Under the pieces are notes generated by a model that did not search any database, was not told the origin of the DNA, and saw only the letters and a list, made by a program, of their open reading frames with translations. A stretch of 64,000 nucleotides of DNA, taken from the NCBI RefSeq assembly GCF_964204645.1, contig NC_134026.1, positions 13,328,050 to 13,392,049 on the forward strand, in the 5' to 3' direction. The stretch's first letter is position 1, and every line of letters starts with the position of its first letter. This stretch comes from Tubulanus polymorphus (taxonomy: Eukaryota > Animalia > Nemertea). The position numbers and the translations under genes are program-made. Below, in pieces: positions 40,815 through 54,555 of the stretch.

Positions 40815-40937
40815 CTGCTTTAACAATAGCTACGTTATAAACATTCCCCTTCTTTTTACATTCTAGTGTAGTGCAATTGTGTTTTGCCGACCACTTATCA
40901 CCTGCATTTCGACACGCTCCATTGATATCAACACACC
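40815..40937 (-). CDS. Host gene internal exon (phase 1-1), cysteine-rich module 2
   Basis: tttttttgtgcgcag|GG TGT GTT...AAA GCA G|gtacaa; 123 nt: GCVDINGACRNAGDKWSAKHNCTTLECKKKGNVYNVAIVKA. Confidence 0.85.
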
Positions 40938-41057
40938 CTGCGCACAAAAAAAACAAGTTGTCATTAACAGTAATCAGAAACACACTGAATAACTTACACG
41001 TGATCAAAATAACATTACAAAGTGTACCAATAAAATGCCTATTTTTGTATAGTCGTA

Positions 41058-41285
41058 CGCGGCCTCGGTGGCTCAGTGAGAAGTGGGTTCAAATCCAGCT
41101 GGCTGCTAACAGTGTGCAAACAAACAAAGATTTATCATTACCTAAAAGCTTGGATGTAGGAAAGATGTTGTTTAGCAACCTAGCCTATTTACGTAGGTCT
41201 GTAAAGTTTGTCCGGTTCCGAAAACTGGTGTCCAAGTCAGGACCCGTTGCCAGCCATGTCTTCGAGTTTGTTGGATTTCCATAAA
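41058..41285 (+). mobile_element. tRNA-derived SINE-like remnant
   Basis: Pol III A-box TGGCTCAGTG and B-box GGTTCAAATCC at about 41069-41095 with a shortened spacer; no full cloverleaf. Confidence 0.5.
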
Positions 41286-41959
41286 AGTGGAACCCTTTGA
41301 TGGGAGTGGAGGTACCCACGCAAATCCCGGAAAGAAAAGAAATTTCGCAACTGCTAGCATTTTCGGCTGAAAAAAATGTCGGTTAAAATTTTTTTTCTAA
41401 AATTTGGTCTCGAAAAAAGTAAGTTTTGAAGCAAACGAGAATATCATGACCAAAACTAATGAAAGTTTTAATTTTGAGTGCATCTTTTGAAATCGGTGCC
41501 TTCATTTCTTACGGCTGGTATATCGGTGGAACTTCAATGGGCGGGAGGGACGTTCGTTCAAACCTCCTGAATCCCCGAGTCCTTCTTCTGTTTTTCATTT
41601 TGTTTATTCGTGTTTTGCATTTTAGATCGCTGTGATAATATGTGAATACAATCCAAAAGCTAGTTTGCTTATCAGTGACATCGATTAGGACAGCCATCTA
41701 TAATAAGTCGGAATGTCAAAATATTCTCTTATGATAATTTATGTTACTTGATTTCTGAGTCCTTTGTGAGTCTTTTTGTTAATCACATTTCTATGTAAAC
41801 GGTATGGCTGTTCATGCATTCTCGGAGACGTATACTTGTGCATTGTCGAATCGGCTAACGAACTCAGTTTAAGATCATTCTGCGTTTCATCATTTCGTTT
41901 GAACAAGGATCCTCACAACGACATCGATCATTCGACATATTCAGTTCATGAAGATTTGA

Positions 41960-43313
41960 ATTTATATAAATTACATCTATATGAACCAAAATTATGAGAT
42001 TATTATTCACTAAGTAATGAACAAATGAAATATGAAATCACTTGGATTTTAGGTTGAACAGTTATTGTTATATTTGTGGCTGATAAATTAACAACTTAAT
42101 TGTGTATTAGTTTTTCTTTTATAAATGGAATAGAATTGATGGTATTGATATTATTCCGCATGATGTAAATGAATCTAATCAAAAATCATATTAAGAAAAT
42201 CAAATATTAGAATTTGAAAGTTTTTTGAGGATAAAAACAAATAAAAAAAAAGAAATCGCATATTATTTGATAATAAGTGAATCTGTTACAATTGGATCTG
42301 TAATAACATTTTAGCATTATTTTTCCCATAAACATTGGTGCTTTAAGATTATCATCGAGTGTTTTCACAGGAATAGGTTCAAAGTTACATATTAAGAAGA
42401 ATAAAGAAAGAATTAAGTCTTAAATAAAAGAAATTAATGAATTGAAAAATACATTGGATTATATAATAAGTTCGAATGGGAATATTACAATTGAAGAACA
42501 AGATAAGTTGCTAAAAGATATAGTCAATTACTAGTAATTTTTCTATTATAACTTATTAAATACCTTAAAATATAAATGACAGATAATTTCCAAAAGCTTT
42601 TGTTTTTAAATTCATTAATGAATTTAGAAATCAATATTCTTCAAACTGATAATTTTATTTCTAAAATGGAAATTATATTTGATATGAAGTTACTTTTACT
42701 CGGGATGAATATGATATTTGGAAAATAAAATCTAATACGATATACTAACAGAATCAATTCAATTTTGAGATGTATTGCGCAACAACAGGTTGTGGTATAA
42801 GTTAGAATAATCATAAAAATAATTAAGATAAACTTTTAAATTAGTCTGGTTTAAAATTTATTCATACTATATTTAGATTCCATACATATTTTAAATTAGA
42901 ATCATATTAAATGAGTTAAATGGTCCTTTCCCTGGATCAAAATATTTTAATGAAATAAATATCAATATTAATCTATCTAAGTTTTATATAGTATATAATG
43001 AATTTGATATGAATATAAATAATTCTGACTTTTGAGCGTATGGTGAATTACATGGTGTTGGTGAACAGTTTATAATATAGGTAATTGATTATATGCACAG
43101 AGCTGAGCTTATCATCATTATGAAATTGATAATAATTGAGGCTGGGTTAATTTTATCTTAGAAAATAGTGAATGTTTTACAAAATCGGGTATACACAGAA
43201 TGAATAAATCTATTACATTGTATTTAATTTGTATTTTAGGCACACAAGTTGAAACAAGATCGCCAATGATTGGAAACTAAAATACTTCATTTGATGCACG
43301 AAAACAATTTAAA
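41960..43313 (+). mobile_element. Polinton/Maverick B remnant
   Basis: Collinear with the reverse complement of about 57130-58560: DIIPHD...QILEFE, NGNITIEEQDK, YCATTGCGIS, LNELNGPFPGSKYF, CILGTQVETRSP. Cut by a HINE at 43314. Confidence 0.8.
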
Positions 43314-45165
43314 ATATAGCTGCAAAGAAGCGATGACTGGTTTTCTGCAAAGCCATTCTGGAAATACCCATAAATAGAATAAAATGCATCGACAGATTCG
43401 AACCTAATTTGCAACCACTGTGCAAGCATCAAATGTGATTCAGCTTTGAAACCGAACATACACGCGCATACAATCAACATATATGAATTTATTCGACCAG
43501 GCATTTTTGGCATACAAACATCATGATCCTGTATTATCACCACGCTAAAAATGGACCTGTCCTATTAAGAACTCATCTTAAGCACCTGCTGAGTCAATAG
43601 ATTGAGTAAATTAACAGATAAGAACGTATTATAATTTGGAATAGATTTAAGAAGTTAATCTTTTTATTGAAATATTTGAATAAATACATATTGTAGTGTA
43701 GATCCAATCAATAAACAATGAATTAATTTGGTCTGGGTTTCGACCGATGTTGATTTCGGCTTTTATGTTTTACAAATTCTATACTGCTAAACAATACCTG
43801 CAACATATGCGTAAATATCAAATCTATTCCAGTAGTTGCGTGTGTTTCCTAATAAACGGGAGAGTCACTCTTGATCTTAGTTATTAGAAAAATAATGTTC
43901 ATTTAGTTATAGAAATTCATTACCTTTTTGAAAATTCTATAATAATATTTATTCTGTCCTAGTTTTTATTACTGCATGAACCAATGATATGCTTTGGAAT
44001 TAAGGTGATGTAATAAAATAAATTTGAATATGAGAATCACGCATAACTTGTGTCTTTTCAGCATGTCTTACTTCTCGTTAACAGTTCCAGAGTTTCAATT
44101 ACAATCAAATCCAAATTGGCTAAAAAGTACATAGGACTAAATGAAATGAACTGTTAGTATCTGCAAACCTATTCCAGTGTTATGCCAATCGTGTTGAATC
44201 ACTTTGATTGAGTTGAAAGAATCAGATCTTCTATGGTGCAACATCGTTCGAAGAGTGATATCTTGGTGTTGACTGTCCTTGACCATTTAACTTCATGTGT
44301 TTGACATTGGAATCAGCATCATACCCATGTGAACTGCAAAATATTCATACAACATGAAAACTTACAGTACATGAATACAGTAATCAAACTTTCACCGATT
44401 TTTTGATATTTGAATGAACGTTAGGCTTATATCAGTATTCTAAAGGCGGGCGTAGGTCGGCCTTGCGACGGCTTGCGACTCACTGCGACCGCCGGCGACG
44501 ATCGCGTCGCAACGAGCAACCGACCTACGCTACCTTGCGACTGCCAGCGACGGGTTGCGACTGCCAGCGACGCCAGTCGCAATGAGTCGCACATGTTCTA
44601 CTTTCTGCGACGCGACGCGACCGTCGCAACCGACCTGCGCGCTCTTGCAACTGGCAGCAACTAGTCGCTGACAATCGCGTCGCAACCGACTTACGACGCG
44701 AAGCAACGCGACGATCGCGTCGCGTCGCAAGGACGACCTACGCCCGCCTTTAAGCAGGAAATAATAAGCCCAATCAATAGGCCCTATTCCCATTGGTACA
44801 ATTGTATAATGCATACAGCTGTACTGTACACTTATCCGTCAAGATTGGAGAAATTGGTATACAAAACCTATGTACAGCTAAATGTACAATGGCCTTCAAT
44901 TTCCGCGACCACATGAACGTTTTGGATCTAGGTTTGACTATTAATGTCAGCAGGTCAGAGAAAGCCTGGTTAAATTTAATCAAATGGCTCAAATCAATTA
45001 GCCTTTCTGCCTGTGAATACTACACTGTATTCTTTTGATAATATCGAGTGAATAGTGCATAGACTGAATTAGACTTTTGGCTAGTCCCGATCATATCCTA
45101 TCATATCGTAATTACCTGATACTTGTCTGTCGTTTGTTTTCTCTCTGAGTCGAACGTAATTCTAG
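43314..45165 (-). mobile_element. HINE family A copy, missing its hairpin end
   Basis: Starts ATATAGCTGCAAAGAAGCGATGACTGGTTTTCTG and aligns closely with 17986-19670 and 20430-20480. Confidence 0.88.
44444..44749. mobile_element. GC-rich palindromic MITE (PIF/Harbinger-like, TWA flanks)
   Basis: TIRs AGGCGGGCGTAGGTCG and CGACCTACGCCCGCCT. The empty site TTCTAAAGCAGG is seen in the sister HINE at about 19143. Confidence 0.88.
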
Positions 45166-45270
45166 TAGCCACCCGCGACTCAACAACCTTGATTTCAACT
45201 TGATCAATTCAAAATCTATTTATTGACACGTTTGGTTCCATGAAAAGATCGGTAATATACTTAAATAAAG

Positions 45271-45716
45271 ATATAGCTGCAAAGCAGTGATAACGGGTTT
45301 CTGCCATGCTGGATTGAATTTGGTACAGGAGGAGTAGAAGGATTTCGTCAAATTCAGTTACTCGGAACGTACGGCTTTAAGGAGCACCACCTAGGAGCTA
45401 ACTGACATGATACGTGGAGGGCTAAATTATTTAAAATGTACTGATGAACTAAGTTTTGGTTATAACGAAGATATCGATGAAAATGTGTTTCCAGTGATTT
45501 ATAGATGGTGCTACTGGAGAACCATACCATGGAGTCAGACAGGGCCACTTTGTGGCCTGAAGGTGTGTCTGGGGTAGATACATGTGTAACCAAATATTAA
45601 GACATTGCGCAATTGAAGCGTCTTTAAAACTTCCCAAAATAACTCGATTCCGTCTACAGACTGAAGAGAAGTGAACGCAATAGCCCGCTGGGACTACAGT
45701 CCCAAGTGGGCCAAAA
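45271..45716 (-). mobile_element. HINE with a family B end joined to a family C end
   Basis: Starts ATATAGCTGCAAAGCAGTGATAACGGGTTTCTGC (like 29712) and ends GGGACTACAGTCCCAAGTGGGCCAAAAA (inverse of the 13395 end). Confidence 0.6.
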
Positions 45717-46177
45717 ATCCAATTCTTTGAGTTATTTCCAGGCATATATGCCTACAGGTTCCTTAAAAATTTGTTGTAGTAACTGGTCAATAATTCAAGG
45801 ACACAACAACAATTTCTCGGATTTCGCGGATTGTTTTACAAGGAAATGGTCGAAATAATGACGAAAGAACTTTATTTGAACAACTGAAAATGTAAAGTAG
45901 AATTCCAAAAACTAATCAATAACTGAGTCCAATCAAGATCCAACAGATGAAAAAGATCTAGGATTGAAGCCCGTGTTTTACACCAGAGATTTTCACACTC
46001 ATTCTCCCAATCGCGATAATATCCATCGTACGAAACTAGTTTTTTTTATCAATCCGACATTTTATGCAACAAACTTGAATAAGCGTAGTCCAATAGTCTG
46101 TAAATACCAATGCGGATTATATTGTCACCTGGTCGGTGCAGTAAACCTGAATCGAGGCATTTTTACTAATATACGCT

Positions 46178-47060
46178 AAACTAGGGGTCCAGGGAAAACA
46201 TGCTCACTCGGGTTTAGTGGTTTCAAATGCTTAACCATCTAACAATTTTAATATTCAACGCCCCCTAGTGACCATATACAAAAACAAGTGCCCTAAAACT
46301 CACCACTATCATTGAACATGGCATCAGCTAAGATTTTGTAATTGATTGCGATAACAAAATGTGCCTACGTACCAATATATGGAAATACCAAGTTATTCGA
46401 TGCCCCCTGGTGACAATATGCAGAACCCAATGACCTTGACTCACCACAATCATAAACCATGTCATGAGCTTTGCTATTGATTGTGGCAACAAAATATGCC
46501 TAGGTACGAATATAATATTGAAATTCTAAGTTGTTTTATTATTCAACAACCCTGGTGGCCACATACAAAAACACATTGATATTGAAACTCACAATCATGG
46601 AACAATACATTTTATGGGGTACAACTGTCCAATTGATTGTGGTAAAAAATATGCTTAGGTATCAACATAATGTGGAAAAAATGTTTCCACCTACAAATGA
46701 GTACTGATGACACCAAGATGGCCGCCAATTAAGTGATAATTGGCTGATCTGCCTCAAAATATTTGCCTCAGGTATTACAAGATTCCTTTCCAAAGAATAC
46801 CCATCACAAATTGCAATGAAAAATGGCAAACCATTAGGAAGCCGCAGGACTCATAATTCGGGCCAAAATTGACATTTTTGGGCACAAAAAAAAACGTCAT
46901 GGGACGGCCATCTTGAGTCCGATCGACCCAATTTTCCCTACGCTGATGAACCCTTGGGGATTGAAATATATCCAAAAGATCGAGTTAATGGATCAAAGCG
47001 TCTTCAAAACTTCCCTCGATAACTTAAAAATGTGTAAAAAGTGCTGATTTTGGCGAAATC
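46178..47060 (-). mobile_element. HINE family C copy, inverted relative to 13395-14566
   Basis: Reverse-complement similarity to about 13555-14566, including the tandem units and GAGTACTGATGACACCAAGATGGCCGCC. Confidence 0.8.
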
Positions 47061-48995
47061 ATTAAACTCATTAAACTCAAAGAGTCAAATCTTAACTCGG
47101 ATCTGTGGTTAACGTCTAAGACACCGGTTTATCAATACCGGTTTATGAACCGGTATGAACAAAGGCCATCTCGCAGCAAACCGAAAAGATTTGTACAAAC
47201 CGATTTCAAACAAATTGGCCTACCTACCTGACGATATTACCAAACCTGCATAACTCTACGGTATTTTTGCAAGTATAATCGCATTATTTTTTGCACGTCT
47301 GCGATTCTATGTAAAATATCACCAACTATGCGAATGTAAGAATCGACACGATAGTAAAGAATCGCATTATTTTTGCGCGTATGCGATTGTATGAATATCA
47401 CCAACAATGGCACAACGTATCCAATCCGTGACGAAAAATCAGTTTCTCCGCAAACATATTCCGATACCAAAATACAGCGTTTTTGTATACATTCTGGGAT
47501 CATTTCCAAAACTTTTAAGAATACCTATAAATGAACCATTTTCACTGTTATTGCCATCTTGATATTTGGGCATCATTAATTTGCAAACATCCGTCTTATC
47601 ATATAGATTTTTGTCTTTTAGTAATGCATTTTCAGATCTAAATTTTGATGATATTTCATGAATATTAAAATCACTTTCTGTCCTAAAATATAAATCTATT
47701 TGTTTTTTTTAACCACATTTAATGTTCATTTTCATCTTTTTTATAGTATAATAGATCTATCAGATTTTCACCATCATATTTTTCTCTTAAATATAAAGCT
47801 TCTAATTATAATTGCATTAATTCGAATACATTTATTTTTAAATTATTAACTTTTTCTACTTTAGGAATCAATTTTATAGTTTCTGCATATTGATCAATTT
47901 TATATAATATTTCATATATCCGATAATCTGCTATTCTGCAAACAATTTTCCTCAGCAGGGTGTTAACAACAAATAATTGACCACAAAGACATTTATTATC
48001 TTCATTTTGAACATTTATAACTAACTGTTTTTTAAATAAATGGTAATTTGATATATGACGATGCTTCAATATCCTTTTCTGTTGTACATTTTGAATCATT
48101 AGTAATCATTTCATCACTATTTGATATTTTATTCCTTTTTGTATTGTAAATATTTAAATATAAAAATATGATTTCATTTAACGTTAAACCAGAACCCTCA
48201 AAATATCTTTCCTCAATATGACGCATAAATTCATTTAATATTTATTTCTAATTTCTCTTTTATTTGTGTTTTTGAAATTATTTCTTCAGAATGTGTTTGA
48301 ATATTACAATCCATTTTTTTATTCATCTGACTTAATAAAACTTAAAGAGCAAATGCCATCAAAATAGAATATTGTGTAAAATTCATTTTCAAATGTGATG
48401 TATTCACAAATATCAAATATGGAACTGGTTTGAATTTTAGTTCAGCCATTACTGAGAAATATCACTTTTAAATCGGAAATTTCAGCACGAGCTCACTGTT
48501 ATTGTTTATGTTAGCAGGTGTGTGTTTCTGACGTCATCTCTGACAAACGCTCGCCGCTTCCAGTCATTTCACTAGACATTTCATGCGGTATTTTATCGTT
48601 TTAGGAGTGATTTGAATAAATAAATTCTTGCCATTGTTAGTGTTGCTACCGTTGTATTATGCCATGATAATCGTATATAAGTGAGTAGCACTGTAGGTCA
48701 GTGAATACGGTGAACAAATGATGTTTATTTTATCGATTATACATAGGCTACGCGTACTAGCGCACACATGTGCTAGTGTTGATTGTCATAGTTAACATCA
48801 TAAATAGCGCCACCCGCGGGTTGAATATGAACTATACGCACGGAGTGAAGGATAAATAGATAACTATTCCACTAACTATTACGGCTTATTCGTACTCCTT
48901 TTTTCAATAAGTCACATCTCAGGTCGCTATATGTATACTAAAGTTTCTTCTGGTTAAGAAATCGGGGAAAGTACAATTTTGATGACTACCTTTAA

Positions 48996-50769
48996 GGTAG
49001 GGGCATATGAACGTATTTTTTCGCCCGATCGCGGCGAATTTATAAATCGCCCGAAAAATTCTTTCGTGTGGCCATTCACGGCGACGACGATTTCGCGGCC
49101 GACTCGATCGCCCGGCGAATCGCCGTATCAAACATGTTTGATATTTTGCCCCGATTATTTACGCCGGGGATCGAATAGTCCGCAAAATCGATCGTCTGCC
49201 CGCAATCCATTTTTGTTGATATCGTGTGATTTGTTAAAGGGTAACTGACACTTTTTTTTATTTCAAAATATGATGTATTCTATTGATCTATACACTCATC
49301 TTCAACCGTTCTGTTCCAAAATGTTTAGTTTACGCGCAATTTGTGATTTTGTAACAAGATTTTTGACCTCATTTCGTTGTTTACATCGCTTACTGTTCAG
49401 CGTCGGCTAAATCAGCAGGTGCGCGCTGCAACGTCATTACAGGCAGAGCTGAGAAATAGCGTCTATAGAAATGCGTTGAATTTTGAGGAAACTGCGTGTA
49501 TTTTCTGTTATATCTCAATGCCAGATTGTTTTACAGCCTTGAAACTGGCCAGGGAGGTAAAAGGATCTATTGTCTATTGCATAAACCTATTTCAAAGAAT
49601 CAATGAGTAATTTGAATAGGCAAAATCGATCAAATTGAAGATGCAGATTTCAATCCGCTGCTATGAAGCTATTAAAGTACACTATGCTAAGCTCTCAGCA
49701 CTGTTACTGTTGCTGCATAATTCACCTATAGTTCAGCACAACAAGCATACTACACAGTGTCTTATAAGCGATCACAGATTTCGATCTCGCTAAAGAATAA
49801 ATAGATTCATATTCGTTTACTATTTACTATTTTTCATAGTCATTTAAGACTAAGTAGTTTGAAAACTAACACTTCAAAACTCTACAAAAACTTTCATAAA
49901 TTTCTACAGCCTTTACAACAAATATTCAAAGGAATAATGTTTTTCGATTAAAGTTTCACGCTGCAGAAGAGTTTTGATAGATTACATCACAAATCTTAAA
50001 CAAACATTATTTCGAAGTTTTAAAATAGGATGGATGAGGAAATATTCTAATTTTGTGACCAAAGCCGCTACCAATACGAGGTATATTTCAAGAAAAGAAT
50101 TGAAATTGTTCTTGCGGCTAATTCTGTCTAAGTTTCATCAGTTCATAAGTCAAAATATTCTTAGATGTAACCATGATCTTACTATCACTAAATGATAATA
50201 CAAAACGATGATTTAAACATCCGTGTTCCTGGCTGTCTACTAGAAAATGCCATGGATTGCTATTCAAATCCTATTTTTGCGCTTAGTTTGAACGGATATG
50301 GTCCGTTCAACAGCTAATTATAATCATTAATATGTAGACTTTCAAAATCAAGAGACATTTTGTCTGAATTCGAATGCCAAATAGGTATAAAATTAAGTTG
50401 AATTGCTCTTGTAGCTTAATCATTTCCGAGCCGTCACGTACTTTAGTGACGTAGTTCTATTAATAGGCACAGTACCACGCGTTCAGCAGAAGCAATGTAT
50501 ACACTGAACAGGTGCGCGAACATCAAAATCATCAATTCTGACTAGATTGAAAAGATTTTTCCAATTATGAAATCACCTAGCCTTATTGTATAGTATAATA
50601 TATCGTTTAGTGTAAAAAGTAGAAAACCTTTAAAAAAGTGTCAGTTACCCTTTAACTCTCTTACTAAGTGGCGGTCGCACCGAATTCAGGTTTGATCGCT
50701 ACGTAAGGCGTGAAAATTCGCCAGCGAATTTTATCGTCGCGATCTGGCGAAAAAATATGCTCGTCTACC
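48996..50769. mobile_element. TIR element (GGTAG ends) containing a nested Kolobok-like element
   Basis: GGTAG...CGTATTTTTTCGCCCGATCGCGGCGA is inverse to TCGTCGCGATCTGGCGAAAAAATATGCTCGTCTACC; TTAA/TTTA flanks. Confidence 0.65.
49238..50651. mobile_element. Non-autonomous Kolobok-like element with TTAA TSD
   Basis: TTAA|AGGGTAACTGACACTTTTTT...AAAAAAGTGTCAGTTACCCT|TTAA. RR...YY termini with a TTAA TSD are characteristic of Kolobok. Confidence 0.8.
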
Positions 50770-51589
50770 TTTACTTTTCTGAAAGATTTATTTTTGGATA
50801 TTCAACATCTGTTAAAAATCCATTATTTTTTTCCATTATATCAATAAATTTACTATAATCTTTTATTGTTGTCCCTTTAAAGAATTTAAGTTGCAGGACC
50901 AATTTTACTACGAATTGTTTCTGAAATTTCAATTGTATGTTTTATTTCTAATCAACCAATATATTTTCTAACATTTTCCATACAATAATTATTTGAAATA
51001 GATTCAGTTTTTTCAATAGAATTTTTTACTTGAGAATTATCATCAAAATATTCTGTTCCTAAAATATTCATACTTAAATTTTGTTGATGTTTTTGTGATA
51101 TCTATCATAATTCCTTTTTGTTTCAAATTCATTACAAACTTCACATTTGGTTTCATCTATTTTCATGTTCTTTAATTGTTCTTTTCTTTCCCTGGAATTT
51201 TCTGGAAGTTTCTATATAATCTATAACATGTTTTACAGTTTTTTCATGTCGAGATTTTTGGGATTTAATAGTGTATTATTTACAATATGGTCAATAATAT
51301 TCATTTTTATTAACATAATTTCCATCATCTTTAAACTCTTTCCCATTTTACAAGGAAACAAATTATGATGAGTGATGTGTCGAACTCTCGACCTCTGATC
51401 TGAAAACGCCATTTTGTAAATGCTGTATCATCAATATATAAAAAGTCCACTTGTAAATTCGACAGCAAATGTTGTACAAATCTACTTATGTTGTGTTTAC
51501 GTTAGTAGACCAAGATGACGTACACGAACTCAAAACTCCGTTCAATACTAATAGATTTAGCTTTATATAATTTCCAGATGTTTTAGCTA

Positions 51590-52080
51590 ACATTTCAACC
51601 TATGAGTTTTTTTCACAACAATTTTTTAAATTTTTGATATTAATTTCTTCTATTTTATAAAATAGCTGTTTAATGAATAAATGTGCGTCACAACCACTTA
51701 AAAAATAATAAAAAATTATGAAATATAACAGGAACAAAATAAATCTTTTTAGCTTGTAAATTACAATGTTCATGTGCTGCACCTCTAAATCTCGCCATTT
51801 AAATGATCACGATCTCTAACTTTCTTATCAAACGAATAAAATACTTTTTCACAATAAAAATATTTATCTGAAAAATTAAATTCTTCTTCATCATCTTCTG
51901 TCATTATAATTTCTATATGTGTACTAAATTTCGTTTCATATTCAATTAACAAGTCCCAAAAATTAATAGCATTTTGAGATCTATAATTATAATATTCACT
52001 TTCAATTAATTTTGGGTAATCTGAATTCATATATAATCCGAAAGCTGCAGCACTTTGATGAATTCTCATCTAAATACAAA
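51590..52080 (-). pseudogene. Polinton pPolB middle fragment (endonuclease VII-like/exonuclease region) from another copy
   Basis: MTEDDEEEF...YCEKVF...KVRDRDHLNGE...AAHE and LSGCDAHLFIKQL (NLSGYDAHLFIK-like) match typical Polinton pPolB. Confidence 0.75.
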
Positions 52081-52102
52081 TTCTTCACTTAAATCTATCC
52101 CT

Positions 52103-52170
52103 TACAGAGTGCCCCAAGGCTCCGTCCTTGGACCTCTGCTTTTTTGGTCTATGTTAATGACCTTAGCCAT
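52103..52170 (+). mobile_element. Short LINE RT fragment
   Basis: VPQGSVLGPLLF...YVNDL motif. Confidence 0.7.
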
Positions 52171-53284
52171 AATTTGGTAACGCCATTTCAATGCGTAGAG
52201 ATGAATGGTGGGGACAATTAACAAATACCATGACTATTACTTAAACAATCAATATTTTCCTAAAAACCGCTTTTTCCATCTATGAATGAGGACTGATAAC
52301 ACTGATGGCGTGATACTGACTGATCGAGAAATCTATCGATATGTTCGTACGATCTCTTCCAAAAGTAAACAACGAATTACAATGGGAAAAATTCAAACCA
52401 TTGGAAAGCTATTATTAGGTATTGGAATTCAAGGCAAAGAGTCAAAGTGTCAAAGAACGGCCACGTTGTGTCCGAGTGACCCAATGTGTTTCACGAATGA
52501 CAACACTGACATTAAACCTTCAATACTAAATCAATATGGAACGTTAGCTCCGTAGGGGTAATCATACTATGTAATGTCACTGGCCTGCTCCTGTTCTACC
52601 CGAATCACGTTCTTAAGGTTTCACGTAAATGATTTCGTGTGACCATGACCTTTGAAGCTTTGGATCTTGAAATAGTTGGGCCCCTGCTCTTCCCAGCAAA
52701 TTCATATTATGAACATGTAATATCATTGTCCTACTTTCAAAGGTTCTTCAAGAATCGTGTTCACAAGATTTCATGTTAATGACATTTAGTGACCATGGAC
52801 TTTCAACCTTTGGACCTAAAAAATCAAAAGAGCACATCCTCTCTCCAGGGGTAATCATACTAAGTAATACCATTGTCCAGCTGTTATTGGAAAATCAGGG
52901 CTTGAGATCAGAGGGCGAAAGGGCGACACACCACTAATTACCACAAGTAAAAATGGGAGATAGAAAAACATTCTTAGCGACAATAAATAACAGGATAGTT
53001 ACTGTAATGTTAGTACAACGCGAGAATTTAAAGTATTTTCACCTGATAAATGGGTTTCATTAAGAACAGAGGTATTAAAAGATTTAGAAGGATTTAAAAT
53101 AATTTACCATGGGAAAAATGAAGACGGGCATCATGATTTAGAAGTTGTTGATTAAATAAAAAAATTAATTGATAATAAAAATAATGAATATCTAGAATCC
53201 GAAATGACTTATCTGGACAATTTAATTGCTCCGCATATATAGACAAAAGTAGTGAGATATTTAATTAATTAAAAATGAAATTAT

Positions 53285-53675
53285 TTTTTTACTCTTTTTC
53301 TGAAATAGTAATCCATTTTTTTATTGTGAATTTTGAAATTTTGGAAGTATTTTTATTTTTAATAGTAGTAGTTTCAGAATTATTAATATCATAAATTTTA
53401 TTTGATTTTTTAAACCAACTACACCCAATCAAAATGAATACAATTACAAATCCAGTTGTAAAATATAAATATTTATCAAATATTCTATTATCAGAAGGAG
53501 TAGAAATAACAATATTTTCACCATTTTTATTAACATCTTTATTATTCATTTGTTCTTTATAGCTTTTTTAAATTCTCTTGATTTAATTCCTAATTGCCGA
53601 GACCATTCAATTTGTTTCTGAGTTCTCGGATTTTTCTTCACAGTTAATCCTTTCACGTCTTCCACTTCGCTCATT
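53285..53675 (-). pseudogene. Polinton C small protein with a C-terminal transmembrane segment
   Basis: MSEVEDVKGL...KNPRTQKQIEWSRQLG...YLYFTTGFVIVFILIGCSWFK. Confidence 0.5.
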
Positions 53676-54234
53676 TATTGTAGAAAAATTTTTACTTTCA
53701 ATATTTGAAAATGTTATGACTCCAGTTGACAATAATGTCATAACCTAATTGAAATGATAGATATCCAATCTATTTATTTAATTCAGTCATAACTAAATAA
53801 TCATTTTTTAAATCAAAATATAATTTATTTTCATCTTGAATTGGTAGCATATATTTACATCATTTACTATAACCTTTTACTACATTTTCTGATATCGCAT
53901 CATTAATTCTAGCTATTCTCGCAGTTTCATAAATCTTAAATAATTTAATGATTTCATCTGATTTCATTGTATCTAATTCATTATAAGTTAAATTTTTAAT
54001 AATAAAGTATTTTACATTTCCCAAATGCTATCAATATTTCTAATTGATGTTTGCAAAATAATATTCATAATTATTGTTTGTAGTAATATCATTTAAAGCA
54101 TCATTATTATCTGGTGTTAATTTTGTTTCTGTTATACCTAAATCATCCAAAGTTTTTTCAATTGGAAGATCACTATTTTTAGATTTAATTTTCTTTGCAT
54201 CGCCCATTTATATAACAAAAAAATTAAATGTGTT

Positions 54235-54555
54235 GTTGCAACTAGAATTTAACTAGAATGTTACTAAAAATATACTAGATTAACAAGCTAGTAGAAATAT
54301 TAATGTTTTTATTTATTTCTTGTTCAATTTTATTTCTTTTTTGATTTTATATTTGATATTTGTTTTGAACTACCAATAACTAGAATTCAACTAGAATGTA
54401 ACTAAAAATATACTAGATTAAGAAGCTAGTTGAAATACTATTGTTTTTATTTATTTCTTGTTGAATTTTATTTGATTTTTGTTTCAACTACCAATAACTA
54501 AAGTTTAACTAGAATGTGACTAAAAATATAATAGATTAACAAACTAGTTGAGTTT
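54235..54555. repeat. Internal ~120-140-bp tandem repeat of Polinton C (about 2.5 units)
   Basis: ACTAGAATTTAACTAGAATGTTACTAAAAATATACTAGATTAAC-like units at about 54241, 54378 and 54497. Confidence 0.8.

Larger units (their letters stand above)
47580..51420 (-). mobile_element. Polinton/Maverick D remnant: TIR-like end (~51340-51420) and pPolB N-terminus, interrupted at about 48350-50770
   Basis: 51365-51415 resembles the TIR of element C. Zinc-finger-like pieces (KSRHEKTVKH; KCEVCNE) are followed by LTDVEYPKIN, and after the insertion by FEGSGLTLNEI, ASSYIKLPF and VINVQNEDNKC, collinear with 16700-17450. Confidence 0.75.

Noticed and set aside
46940-46975. CTGATGA-ACCC/GGGG-ATT-GAAA as a hammerhead
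   Set aside because: The core is not conserved in the homologous HINE copy at about 13640-13670, and the spacing is wrong.
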